This document shows positions 8,400 through 17,434 of a stretch of DNA of 52,579 nt, in pieces. How positions within the stretch are numbered: the first letter of the stretch is position 1; each line of letters opens with the position of its first letter. The position numbers and the translations under genes are program-made. Source of the DNA: a bacterium (GTDB lineage Bacteria > Patescibacteriota > Minisyncoccia > Portnoybacterales > JAKAHB01); assembly GCA_021815315.1 (NCBI GenBank), contig JAKAHB010000001.1, positions 1-52,579 on the forward strand. Reading direction: 5' to 3'. The notes beneath the pieces were generated by a model. That model saw only the letters and a list, made by a program, of their open reading frames with translations. It did no database searches and was not told the DNA's origin.

Positions 8400-9683
8400 T
8401 CAAGGCTCCAATCTTTTGACGTCTCTGGGGAAGAGGATGGCTTCTTTGACCGAATCCAGATTAAACAATTTGTAAAGTAGTCTTTCCGACCCCATGCCCC
8501 AACCACCATGCGGCGGCATAGCGAATTTAAAGGCTTCTAGATAAAAGGTAAAGTCGTCGGGATTAAACCCAAACTTTTTAATGTTGTCCACTAACATGTC
8601 GTATTCGTGAATACGTTGGGCTCCAGTGGCAATCTCAATCCCTCGAAAAAGCAAATCAAAACTTCTGGTTTTGTCGCCGTCAAAAAAATGGTAAAAAGGT
8701 CTGTCGCCAACAGGATACTTGGTTAAAAAAATAAAGTCCGACCCGAGTTCTTCCTTCGCGTATTGGCCGGCCAGCTTTTCTCCTTCCGGATCAATGTCGG
8801 TGTCAGCCGGGACTTCGTAATTATATTTTTCCTTGATTATCTTTTTTATCTCCGTCAACTCCAGCGCCGGAAACTTACCTCCGGGAAATAAAACCGGTTC
8901 AACGGTTCTGCTTTCTAAAATTTCTGCTTGTTCCTCGGCTACAAAATTAAATAGGCTTCTTAGACAGTTTTCCAGCATCTCCATCACGTCCTGCTCGTTT
9001 TCAATGAAGCCCATTTCACCGTCCAAAGAAACATATTCGTTTACGTGACGGCTGGTGAAGTGTTTTTCTGCCCTAAAAACGGTACCAATTTCAAAAACTC
9101 TTTCATAGATACCGGTAGCAATCTGTTTGTAAAATTGCGGACTTTGGGCCAAGAAGGCTCGCTTGCCGAAATAATTAACCGAAAAGACATTGGATCCCCC
9201 TTCCGAAGCCGCTCCTAAAATCTTGGGGGTTTTTATTTCAATAAAACCGTTCTCTCTCATAAAGCGGCTGTAGCCTTCCAGAATAGAACCGTAAACCCTG
9301 AAAATGTCTCTTTGCGTTTCGTGGCGCAAAGAGAGCGGCCGGTGGTCCAACAGAGTGTTGATGTTTAAGTTGAGCTCTTTTTTAGAAAGGTCAAAGGGGT
9401 AATCTTCTTTCACCGCGGTTATTGTCTCCAGTTTTTGACCCTCCAGCTCAACTCCGCCGGGAGCACGTTCTTCTCTCTTCACTTTCCCGGATAATTTAAC
9501 GATCGAGCCAACTTTAATTTCCGCTGGTTCTTTTTCAAAAACGGCCTGAACCAGCCCTTCTTTGTCCTGCAAAACCGCAAAGGTAATACCGCCCATTTTG
9601 CGTAGAGCGTAAAGCCGGCCAAGCAGCGATACTTCTTGACCAATTTTTTCTTCAAGCTGGTTTGACAAAATTCTTGGTTGCAT
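8400..9683 (-). CDS. aspS: Aspartate--tRNA(Asp/Asn) ligase, archaeal/eukaryote-like short type, probably non-discriminating
   Basis: OB-fold N-terminus with APGG loop; LAQSPQFYKQ, FRAEKHFTSRH, GAQRIH, PPHGGWGMGSERL; no GAD insertion; ATG at 9683 lies just downstream of the promoter. Confidence 0.9.
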   Translation of the reverse strand: MQPRILSNQLEEKIGQEVSLLGRLYALRKMGGITFAVLQDKEGLVQAVFEKEPAEIKVGSIVKLSGKVKREERAPGGVELEGQKLETITAVKEDYPFDLSKKELNLNINTLLDHRPLSLRHETQRDIFRVYGSILEGYSRFMRENGFIEIKTPKILGAASEGGSNVFSVNYFGKRAFLAQSPQFYKQIATGIYERVFEIGTVFRAEKHFTSRHVNEYVSLDGEMGFIENEQDVMEMLENCLRSLFNFVAEEQAEILESRTVEPVLFPGGKFPALELTEIKKIIKEKYNYEVPADTDIDPEGEKLAGQYAKEELGSDFIFLTKYPVGDRPFYHFFDGDKTRSFDLLFRGIEIATGAQRIHEYDMLVDNIKKFGFNPDDFTFYLEAFKFAMPPHGGWGMGSERLLYKLFNLDSVKEAILFPRDVKRLEP

Positions 9684-9692
9684 AACAGGTTT

Positions 9693-9721
9693 ATGGTAGC
9701 AAAAAAGACGCCCCAAAGCAA
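9693..9721 (-). promoter_or_regulatory. Sigma70-type promoter of aspS-tyrS giving a near-leaderless transcript
   Basis: Minus strand TTGCTT, 17 nt spacer, TGc-TACCAT; the -10 ends 10 nt before the ATG at 9683. Confidence 0.5.
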
Positions 9722-9744
9722 GAAGCGAAAATGATTTTTTGACC

Positions 9745-9772
9745 TTGAAAAAAAGCTTATTTGTGACATAAT
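9745..9772 (+). promoter_or_regulatory. Putative promoter of the class A PBP gene
   Basis: TTGAAA, 16 nt spacer, TGa-CATAAT; 10 nt before the ATG at 9783. Confidence 0.4.
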
Positions 9773-9782
9773 TAAGGCTGTT

Positions 9783-12380
9783 ATGAGAAAAGTCACTAAG
9801 CTATTCGCCCGTTTTAAATTAAAGCGTTGGCAGAGCAAAGAGCTAAACCGCTTTCCCGCCTCAAAAAAGGGCCGCCGGAAAACCCGTTTTAAAAAAGTTG
9901 TTAAAATCTTCGGTTTTTTCTGCCTGGGATTTTTTATTGTCGTCCTCGCTCTTTTTGTTTATTTTGCTAAAGATTTGCCGGATCCTAAAAAAATCCAGGA
10001 AAGAAAAATGTTGGAGTCAACAAAAATCTACGACCGCACCGGCGAGATTCTGCTTTATGAAATCCACGGCGAAGAAAAGAGAACTGTTATTCCTCTGGAA
10101 AAAGTTTCTCCCAATCTGATTAACGCCTCTTTGGCCACCGAAGACGCTAATTTTTATCATCACTTCGGGATAGACTTAAAAGGTTTACTACGAGGCGCTT
10201 TTCTTTCTTTGACCGGCAGTTCTCTGCAAAGCGGCTCCACCATCACTCAACAGTTTGTGAAGCAGTCTATTCTCTCTTCCGAACAAACTTTTTCTCGCAA
10301 GATAAAGGAAATTATTCTTTCCATCGAACTGGAGATGAGGTATTCAAAGCACGACATTCTGGAGCTCTATCTCAACCAAATTCCCTACGGCTCTAATCTT
10401 TACGGCGTTGAAGCGGCCGCCCAAGGTTTCTTCGGCAAGAATGCCAAAGATTTAACTATCGCCGAAGCCGCCGTTTTAGCCTCTCTCCCTAAGGCGCCGA
10501 CTTATTACTCTCCTTATGGCTCTCACCCGGAAAAGCTGCAGGCCAGGAAAGAGTATGTCATCGACCGAATGGCCAAGCTGGGAATGATCACTTCGGAACA
10601 AGCCGAGGAAGCCAAAAAGCAAGAGCTGGTTTTTTCCGAAAATCGTTCCGGCATCAAGGCTCCTCATTTTGTCATGTTTGTGAAAGAATATCTGGAGGAA
10701 AAATACGGGCAAGACTACCTGGAACAATCCGGTCTGTCTGTTTACACGACGCTTGATTGGGATTTGCAACAAGCCGCCGAAAAGGCCGTTACCGAGGGAG
10801 CGGCGAAAAACGAAAAAAGATTTGGCGCACATAACGCCTCGCTGGTTTCTCTTGATCCCAAAACCGGTCAAATTCTGGCTATGGTTGGTTCCAAAAATTA
10901 TTTTGATTTAAAAAATGATGGCAACGTTAACGTTGCCATTCGCCCCCGACAACCAGGATCGTCTTTCAAGCCCTTCGCTTACGCTACTGCCTTTAAAAAG
11001 GGTTTTTCGCCGGATACCGTTTTATTTGACGTTCAAACCAACTTTTCCGACGATCCCGCCAACCCCTATATCCCCCAAAACTACTCCGGGACTTTTTCGG
11101 GCCCGGTAAGCATGCGCAACGCTTTGGCCAAACCGCTTAATATTCCCGCCGTAAAAACGCTTTACCTGGCAGGCCTGAAAGACACCATAAAACAAGCCAC
11201 CGCCATGGGCATTAGCACCCTGGACAATCCAGACCGTTTTGGCTTGGCTTTAGTTTTGGGAGGCGGAGAAGTCAAGCTTCTTGAAGAGACTGCCGCTTAT
11301 GGCGTTTTTGCCACCGAGGGAATAAAAAATGAAACCGCTTCCATTCTAAAAATTGTCGACCGCCAGGGAAAGATCGTTGAAGATCTAAAACAGACTCCCA
11401 GGCGGGTGCTTGACCAGCAGGTTGCCAGACAAATCAGCAGTGTTTTGTCCGACAACACTGCCCGCGCTCCAGTTTTTGGACCCAATTCCGCCCTTAACCT
11501 AGGAAACATAACCGCCGCCGTAAAAACCGGGACCACCGATGAATATCGCGACGCCTGGACGGTTGGCTACACCCCGTCAATTGTTGCCGGTGTTTGGGTT
11601 GGCAATAATAATAACGCCAAGATGAACAAAGCGGACGGTTCATACGCTGCCGCGCCCATTTGGAATGATTTTATGAAAAGCTCCTATGCTCTAAAGCGCA
11701 AACAGGAAGAGACGAAGAAACAAAAAGAAAACTATTTCAGCCTGCCCCAAGACGACGAGGGCTTCGCTCCCCCCGAAACCAAACTCCTGCCTAACAAGCC
11801 CATGCTGAACGGACAGCCCGTCGCAGAAAAGGTTCTTAATATCGATGCCTCTTCCGGAGAGTTGGCCACCGAAAATACGCCGCCGGAGTTAATTCAACAA
11901 AAGACGTTCAAAGAGGCGCACTGTATTCTCTATTACGTCGACAAAAACGACCCCCAAGGGGAACGCCCGAAAAATCCAGCCAGTGATCCACAGTTTAATA
12001 ATTGGGAAGTCGGCGTTGCCGCTTGGGCGCAAAGCGCCGGTTTGCTCGGAGAACAACCACCGACAATTTCCGACACCACCCATACCGACGCTGCCAATAA
12101 ACCAGTCTTAACAATAACCAAACCGCTTGATAACGAAGAAATTACTCAAGAAATTTTGCACACTGAATTTTCGCTTGTTTCCAAAACAGATATTAAACAA
12201 ATTGATTTTTTTATTGACGACTCTTTCATCGCCAGTAGGTCGGGCCTCGTTTCTACCATTGACCTATCTTTAAGAGGTCTTGGACGCGGTTCCCATACTT
12301 TAAAGATCAAAGCCTATGATAAAAATTTAAACAGCGGCCAAGCCAGTGTTGACTTCTCGTATAAACCGCCTATTAAATGA
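9783..12380 (+). CDS. Class A penicillin-binding protein (PBP1A family) with C-terminal Ig-like domain
   Basis: N-terminal TM; GT51 motifs EDANFYHHFG, GSTITQQFVK, RKIKE; transpeptidase SSFK and KTGT, but SxN reads PLN; beta-rich C-terminal domain (GSHTLKIKAYD). Confidence 0.93.
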   Translation: MRKVTKLFARFKLKRWQSKELNRFPASKKGRRKTRFKKVVKIFGFFCLGFFIVVLALFVYFAKDLPDPKKIQERKMLESTKIYDRTGEILLYEIHGEEKRTVIPLEKVSPNLINASLATEDANFYHHFGIDLKGLLRGAFLSLTGSSLQSGSTITQQFVKQSILSSEQTFSRKIKEIILSIELEMRYSKHDILELYLNQIPYGSNLYGVEAAAQGFFGKNAKDLTIAEAAVLASLPKAPTYYSPYGSHPEKLQARKEYVIDRMAKLGMITSEQAEEAKKQELVFSENRSGIKAPHFVMFVKEYLEEKYGQDYLEQSGLSVYTTLDWDLQQAAEKAVTEGAAKNEKRFGAHNASLVSLDPKTGQILAMVGSKNYFDLKNDGNVNVAIRPRQPGSSFKPFAYATAFKKGFSPDTVLFDVQTNFSDDPANPYIPQNYSGTFSGPVSMRNALAKPLNIPAVKTLYLAGLKDTIKQATAMGISTLDNPDRFGLALVLGGGEVKLLEETAAYGVFATEGIKNETASILKIVDRQGKIVEDLKQTPRRVLDQQVARQISSVLSDNTARAPVFGPNSALNLGNITAAVKTGTTDEYRDAWTVGYTPSIVAGVWVGNNNNAKMNKADGSYAAAPIWNDFMKSSYALKRKQEETKKQKENYFSLPQDDEGFAPPETKLLPNKPMLNGQPVAEKVLNIDASSGELATENTPPELIQQKTFKEAHCILYYVDKNDPQGERPKNPASDPQFNNWEVGVAAWAQSAGLLGEQPPTISDTTHTDAANKPVLTITKPLDNEEITQEILHTEFSLVSKTDIKQIDFFIDDSFIASRSGLVSTIDLSLRGLGRGSHTLKIKAYDKNLNSGQASVDFSYKPPIK

Positions 12381-12407
12381 TCGGGCAGTTGAGTCAACAG
12401 TCTTTTT

Positions 12408-12449
12408 AAATTAATAAACCCCCGCCTTTGGGCGGGGGTTTATTAATTT
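12408..12449. terminator. Bidirectional intrinsic terminator
   Basis: 19-bp perfect stem aaattaataaacccccgcc-tttg-ggcgggggtttattaattt between convergent genes. Confidence 0.88.
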
Positions 12450-12458
12450 TTAGAAAGA

Positions 12459-12800
12459 TTAATTGCCTTTCAAAAATGTCCCCATCAAAGCGTTAACTAC
12501 CGCCAGCACAACACCAAAAATTAACGCCGACCAGAAAGAAGCGACTACCAGGCCGGGGACAACAGACCCCGCCAGCATAATTAGCAAAGCGTTAACCACC
12601 AAAGTAAAGAGACCCATCGTCAGAATATTTATTGGCAGAGTCAAAAGAAGCAAAAACGGCCTTAGAAAGAAATTGAACGCCCCCAAAACAACCGCGAAAA
12701 CTAACGCTGGAAAAAACCCCGCCACTGTTACGCCGTGAACCAAATAAGCGGAAAGTAGAACCGCTAATATTCTGATAATTAGATTGATCAACAGTTTCAT
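12459..12800 (-). CDS. YvlD-like 4-TM membrane protein ('phage holin family')
   Basis: NFFLRPFLLLLTLPINILTMGLFTLVVNA and SFWSALIFG signatures. Confidence 0.88.
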   Translation of the reverse strand: MKLLINLIIRILAVLLSAYLVHGVTVAGFFPALVFAVVLGAFNFFLRPFLLLLTLPINILTMGLFTLVVNALLIMLAGSVVPGLVVASFWSALIFGVVLAVVNALMGTFLKGN

Positions 12801-12821
12801 TAAGGTTATTTAAAATAATTA

Positions 12822-13868
12822 TTAAGGATGGAAAAAGAAGGCCACCGCAATAATTGCGTAGGCAACAATTAACTGCAAGCCTTCCAGCCAATTGCTTTCT
12901 CCATCTTCCACCACTAAATTCGCGATTAGAACCGAAAGCACAATGGCTATTAGCTCAAAAGTATTAAAGACCAAACTCATTTGCTCCTTAAAGAATAAAC
13001 TAAATAATACCAAGACTGGGGCAACGAACATCACAATTTGGCTAGCCGAACCGACAGAAACAGCCAGCGCCAAGTCCATTTTATTCTTTCGCGCCATAAT
13101 GATGGCCGATGTGTGTTCCGCAGCGTTGCCAATAATGGCCACCACCACCACGCCGATAAACAGCTCTGTCCACCCCAGATTTTTTACTAACGGCTCGATA
13201 GAATCAACTAAAATTTTAGACATCCCGGCCACAGCCAAAGTGGCGCCGATTAAAATACTGATGCTTTTTAATTTGCTCCATTTAGCCTCCAGCTTGCCGA
13301 CTTCTTGAGCATAGAGATGTTTATGCGTGAATAATGAGAAAAAAATACTGGCCAAGTAAACCAACAACATAAAAATAGCGACAAAAACACTTAGCTTTTC
13401 CACCACCAGACTGTTTGCCCCGGGAGCAGTCTGTAAAAATATGGCTGGTATAACCAGGGCAATCACAGCTAAAAGCAAGGTCGCGGCGTTGGCCAGAGCA
13501 CCAGTTCTATTAAAAGTCTGCTTTTCCTTCCCCCACCCACCGACCAGCATGGACATTCCCATAACCAACAAAAGATTACCCACAATGGCGCCCGTGATGG
13601 AGGCTTTTACCACCTCCAACAACCCAGCCTGGATAGCAAAAACACTAATAATAAGCTCGGTGATATTCCCGAAGGTGGCGCTCAAAAAGCCTCCAAGAGC
13701 TGGGCCGGCATAAACGGTTATTTCCTCCGTCGCTTCCCCAATATATTTTGCCAGGGGAATAATGGCTAAGGCAGCTAACAAAAAAATAACCGTTGCTGAC
13801 CAGTGAAAAAAATTGGCCGCCAGAGCCAGAGGAATAAAGACAAACATTCCGACAAAAAATTTGTTCAT
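12822..13868 (-). CDS. cax: Calcium/proton exchanger (CAX/ChaA family)
   Basis: Alpha-repeats FGNITELII and IIGNAAEH; DGESNWLEG; about 10-11 TM helices. Confidence 0.93.
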   Translation of the reverse strand: MNKFFVGMFVFIPLALAANFFHWSATVIFLLAALAIIPLAKYIGEATEEITVYAGPALGGFLSATFGNITELIISVFAIQAGLLEVVKASITGAIVGNLLLVMGMSMLVGGWGKEKQTFNRTGALANAATLLLAVIALVIPAIFLQTAPGANSLVVEKLSVFVAIFMLLVYLASIFFSLFTHKHLYAQEVGKLEAKWSKLKSISILIGATLAVAGMSKILVDSIEPLVKNLGWTELFIGVVVVAIIGNAAEHTSAIIMARKNKMDLALAVSVGSASQIVMFVAPVLVLFSLFFKEQMSLVFNTFELIAIVLSVLIANLVVEDGESNWLEGLQLIVAYAIIAVAFFFHP

Positions 13869-13878
13869 AGCCTTGGCC

Positions 13879-13916
13879 GTTTTCTTAGTTTTTAAAAATT
13901 TAAAGACTAAGAAAAC
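13879..13916. repeat. AT-rich inverted repeat between dciA and cax (terminator or operator)
   Basis: gttttcttagtttttaaa-aa-tttaaagactaagaaaac, 18-bp arms with one mismatch. Confidence 0.6.
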
Positions 13917-13939
13917 CGAATTAAAAAATCGAAAACCAA

Positions 13940-14233
13940 TTAACTAATAAATCTTATTTTACTAATCTTGTCTCTGCCAATTTTTTTCCTCAACCAAGTC
14001 AAGATTTTTTCTTGTCGCAGATTAAACTCGCAAGCCCAAGATGAGTTTAAACAATCCACCACTAAGGTTTTATCCTTAAACGATACCGGTTTTGATTTTT
14101 TAACAAAAGGTTGGCCGAAACAACCGCTTATCTGCTCGTCCCATTGCGTGAAAATCTCGCTTTCTTCCAGCCCTTCTTTTACTTTTAAACGGCTGGCTGC
14201 TTGAGGAATTATTCTTTTTAAATCAATCCACAT
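13940..14233 (-). CDS. dciA: DciA (DUF721) replicative helicase loader-like protein
   Basis: IFTQWDEQI...SKPVSFKDKTLVVDCLNSSWACEFNLRQEKIL...ISKIRF matches the DUF721 pattern; immediately downstream of dnaN. Confidence 0.8.
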   Translation of the reverse strand: MWIDLKRIIPQAASRLKVKEGLEESEIFTQWDEQISGCFGQPFVKKSKPVSFKDKTLVVDCLNSSWACEFNLRQEKILTWLRKKIGRDKISKIRFIS

Positions 14234-14234
14234 C

Positions 14235-15350
14235 TTAAACAGCCTTTATGGGCATAATTAAATAAAGGTAGCTGCTATCAACCGAAGAACGTATGATGCC
14301 AGGAGATGTTTCATTACTAAAACCCAAGAGCGCTTTTTTGCCGGTTAAGTTGCTTAAGCCCTCCAGCAGATAACGGTAATTAAAGCCAATTTCAAAAGCT
14401 TCTTTTTTATTCGCTTTCTCTATCTCTATTTCTAGCTCTGATTCGTTGGTTCCTAAGTCGGGATCCGCAGCTAAAATAACCAGCTTTTTCTTTTTTAAAT
14501 TAAAAGATAATTTTACCTCATTTATTTTACTGCCAAAAACACTAGCCAAACGTACGCTGTTTATGAGCTGGTCTTTGTCTAGTTTAAAAATAAATTCTGT
14601 TTCGCCGGGGATAATCTGCTGGTAGTCCGGATAGGAACCGTCAATAAGCCGGGACACAAGCTGAATCTCGCCTGTTTCAAAGAAAACCTGGTTATTTTCA
14701 AAGGTTATTTTTATCTTATTATTGGGGTCGTCACTTAAAATTTTTATTAATTCTTGGATAGTGCGCTGAGGGATAATTTGACTAATATCTTCTGTCCCCT
14801 CGGGCCTTATTATTCTTTTTTCAGCCAAACGAAAACTATCCGTGGCTACAAATTTTATTCCAGACTTGTCACTATTAAAAAGAATTCCAGTTATCTCCGG
14901 CCGAGAATCCGACAAAGAAGTTATTCCTACCACAGACAAAAGCGCGTCTTTCAAAGTTTTATTTTCTATAATTGAAAAGTTTTTTTGGGTCGTTTTGGGA
15001 ATAATAGGAAATTCTTCTGCGGTTAAACCATTAATTTCAGCTTTAAAATTATCGCTATTAATTTTAAGAACGCTCTTTTTTACCTCCAATTCTACTTTTT
15101 TATTAGGTAGGTTATTAATAAAAGAGGTGATAGTTTTTGCTGGAATTGTTATTTTACCCTCTTTGTCTATTTTTCCAGAAACATTTGCGCTAATACCAAC
15201 CTCCAAATTAGTTGAAAATATTTTTATTTTACCCCCAGACACATCAATTAAAATATTATTTAATATTGGTAAAATTAAATTCTTACCAATAATATTACTA
15301 GCTATATTTAAAACTTTTTTTAAATTTTCTTGAAGACAAGTTATTTTCAT
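14235..15350 (-). CDS. dnaN: DNA polymerase III beta sliding clamp
   Basis: LPILNNILI, STNLEVGI, VATDSFRLA, SRLIDGSYPDYQQIIP, YLIMPI; follows dnaA. Confidence 0.97.
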   Translation of the reverse strand: MKITCLQENLKKVLNIASNIIGKNLILPILNNILIDVSGGKIKIFSTNLEVGISANVSGKIDKEGKITIPAKTITSFINNLPNKKVELEVKKSVLKINSDNFKAEINGLTAEEFPIIPKTTQKNFSIIENKTLKDALLSVVGITSLSDSRPEITGILFNSDKSGIKFVATDSFRLAEKRIIRPEGTEDISQIIPQRTIQELIKILSDDPNNKIKITFENNQVFFETGEIQLVSRLIDGSYPDYQQIIPGETEFIFKLDKDQLINSVRLASVFGSKINEVKLSFNLKKKKLVILAADPDLGTNESELEIEIEKANKKEAFEIGFNYRYLLEGLSNLTGKKALLGFSNETSPGIIRSSVDSSYLYLIMPIKAV

Positions 15351-15615
15351 GAAACTAATTTTTAATAATAGTTATATTTATTTATTAAAAAAATTATTAG
15401 TATAATTAGTTAAAACTTTTCTGTTTAAAACTCGGTAAAGTTATTATTAGTCATAATAAAATAAATAATAACTCGTATAAAAAACTGTGAAGAAGTGGGT
15501 GGAAAAGGTGTTATTAATTTTTTCAATAAAATTAGTTTTAAAGTTATTATATATTTATAGTCGGCCACTCAACAGGTTTTTCCCACTACTATCCACGGGT
15601 TTTTTAAATAACTAA
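15351..15615. other. Probable oriC: DNA-unwinding element with degenerate DnaA boxes
   Basis: Very AT-rich dnaA-dnaN spacer; near-consensus boxes TTCTTCACA (rc 15486-15494), TTTTCCACC (rc 15498-15506), CTATCCACG (15589-15597), TTTTAAACA (rc 15422-15430); TAT/TAA/TAG triplet runs at ~15360-15470. Confidence 0.7.
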
Positions 15616-16986
15616 TTAGGAATTATAAATCCTTTCTTTTATTAAATTAATTTCTCGTTGAATGTTTTCGTTTATTTTCACTTCAGCCCCAATTTTTTCG
15701 CAGGCGTAGATAACGGTTGTGTGATCACGGCCGCCAAGCTTCTCGCCAATAAACGGATAAGAACTGCGCAATTCTGTCCGCATAAGATACATAGCAATTT
15801 GTCTGGGCCAGACAACCTCTTTGCGCCGGCACTTTTCAATTAAATTATGAGCGCCGATGTCGTAGAATTCAGCGACAGATTTTAAAATTACTTTATGGTT
15901 GGTCAATTTTTTTGGAGCGTTGATAATAGTTCCAAGAATCCTTTTAATTTGGTTGGAGTCAGGTAAAACATTATTTATTTGATAATGAGCCTTAATTCTA
16001 TTAAGGGCACCCTCCAATTCGCGAATATTGGTTTGAATATGGCTAGCGATATACGTCAAAATATCTTCTTCTAGGGCTAGTCCCTGCTGAACGGCTTTGC
16101 TTTTTAGAATCGCGATGCGAGTTTCTAAGTCGGGAAAAGAAATATCGGCGATCATTCCTCCTTCAAAACGAGAGCGGAGCCTTTCTTCCAGGGTGGCAAT
16201 GGCTTTTGGGGGGCGGTCAGAACTAATAATAATTTGCTTGTTGGCTTGGTAGAGGGTATTAAAAGTGTAAAAAAATTCTTCTTGGGTCTTTTCTTTTCCA
16301 GCTAGAAATTGCACGTCATCAATAATCAGCATGTCTATTTGCTGATACTTCTTTTTAAACTCTTCCATCTTTCCTTGGTGTAGAGCATTAACCAGCTCAC
16401 CTGTAAATTTGTCGGAGCTTATATATTTAACCTTGAAGCCTTTATGGGTATTGGCGATAGCGTTGCCTGTGGCCTGCAAGAGGTGGGTTTTTCCCAGCCC
16501 CACCCCACCGTAGATAAAGAGTGGATTATAGACTTGGCCCGGTTTCTTTATAACCGCTTGAGAAGCTGCTTGGGCTAATTCGTTGAAGGGGCCAACCACA
16601 AAATCGTCAAAAGTATATTTGCTATTAAGGTTGGTTTCTTTGTTCGCCTCCAGTTCTTGAAAACCGGGTTGTTGGGGAGAAGGTTCTTTTTTGGTTGGCT
16701 TGGTCTTTTCTTTAGAAGCAGAAACTTCTTTTAAGGAGCCGATAGAGCCGATAATGAAATTGACATCTTTGATTTCCGGCGAGAGATTACGTAAAGACTT
16801 TAGAATAAGTTTATTATATTTATTTTCCAGCCACTCTTTACTAAAGCCGTTGGGGGTGACAACAATTGCTACCCCATCTTTTATTTTTTGGATAGCCGTG
16901 TTTTTAAACCAAGTGATAAAATTGGCCTTGGAGACATTGAGCTCCACCTCACCCAGAGCGGTTTTCCATAATTCTAATTTATCCAT
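15616..16986 (-). CDS. dnaA: Chromosomal replication initiator DnaA
   Basis: YNPLFIYGGVGLGKTHL (Walker A), LIIDDVQFL, RLRSRFEGG, NIRELEGAL, GGRDHTTV. Confidence 0.99.
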   Translation of the reverse strand: MDKLELWKTALGEVELNVSKANFITWFKNTAIQKIKDGVAIVVTPNGFSKEWLENKYNKLILKSLRNLSPEIKDVNFIIGSIGSLKEVSASKEKTKPTKKEPSPQQPGFQELEANKETNLNSKYTFDDFVVGPFNELAQAASQAVIKKPGQVYNPLFIYGGVGLGKTHLLQATGNAIANTHKGFKVKYISSDKFTGELVNALHQGKMEEFKKKYQQIDMLIIDDVQFLAGKEKTQEEFFYTFNTLYQANKQIIISSDRPPKAIATLEERLRSRFEGGMIADISFPDLETRIAILKSKAVQQGLALEEDILTYIASHIQTNIRELEGALNRIKAHYQINNVLPDSNQIKRILGTIINAPKKLTNHKVILKSVAEFYDIGAHNLIEKCRRKEVVWPRQIAMYLMRTELRSSYPFIGEKLGGRDHTTVIYACEKIGAEVKINENIQREINLIKERIYNS

Positions 16987-17115
16987 GGTGAAAGAAGTTT
17001 AGACTCAGTTTTAATTTAGACGTTAGCGAGGGCGAGCCTCAAGATAGGCGCTTATCCCAAAAAGGTCTTTTAGCGACTTTGACCGCTAAAAGAGCGAGAA
17101 GATGGGGACTTCTTT

Positions 17116-17124
17116 AGTATAGCA
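17116..17124 (-). promoter_or_regulatory. Extended -10 element of dnaA
   Basis: agtatagca = TGCTATACT on the minus strand, ~130 nt upstream of the dnaA ATG. Confidence 0.5.
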
Positions 17125-17175
17125 GTTTTTTGGAGCGTTAAGTGTTTAAAGACGAGACCAAAACTGTTTATGAGC

Positions 17176-17195
17176 AGGGGATAATCGGTGGATAA
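17176..17195. promoter_or_regulatory. DnaA-box-like sites upstream of dnaA
   Basis: aggggataa and ggtggataa (rc TTATCCCCT and TTATCCACC), 2 and 1 mismatches to TTATCCACA. Confidence 0.5.
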
Positions 17196-17270
17196 ATATA
17201 ATTTAAGCAATTATTTAAAAAAATACAAGCTTCCTGGTCTTTCCTTACCGGATGGGTTAAAAATGGCGGA

Positions 17271-17299
17271 TTGACTAGTCTAACATTTATTGCTAGAAT
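17271..17299 (+). promoter_or_regulatory. Sigma70-type promoter of the rpmH-rnpA-yidD-yidC operon
   Basis: TTGACT (17271-17276), 17 nt spacer, TGc-TAGAAT (17294-17299). Confidence 0.7.
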
Positions 17300-17434
17300 A
17301 ACCACGTTATCCTCCCAGGCTTTAGGCTAGGGAGGATTCACTCTTTTCAGACGCGGCTACGGGCTCAAACCGGTATTTAGCGGTAAAAAATAAGGGTTAA
17401 AAAACCACTTGATTATTAAAAGTAAATTCAGTTT

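Noticed and set aside
12459-12800. 'Phage holin' as evidence of a prophage
   Set aside because: YvlD-type 4-TM proteins are common chromosomal genes, and there is no endolysin, capsid, terminase or integrase in the window.
17230-17240. 11-mer cttcctggtct shared with the valS-pheS spacer (~50094-50104)
   Set aside because: Matches of 11 nt are expected by chance many times in 52 kb.
17225-17260. SRP RNA-like motif (ccggtaaggaa on the minus strand)
   Set aside because: Lacks the conserved CAGG...AGCAG internal loop and the long flanking helix.
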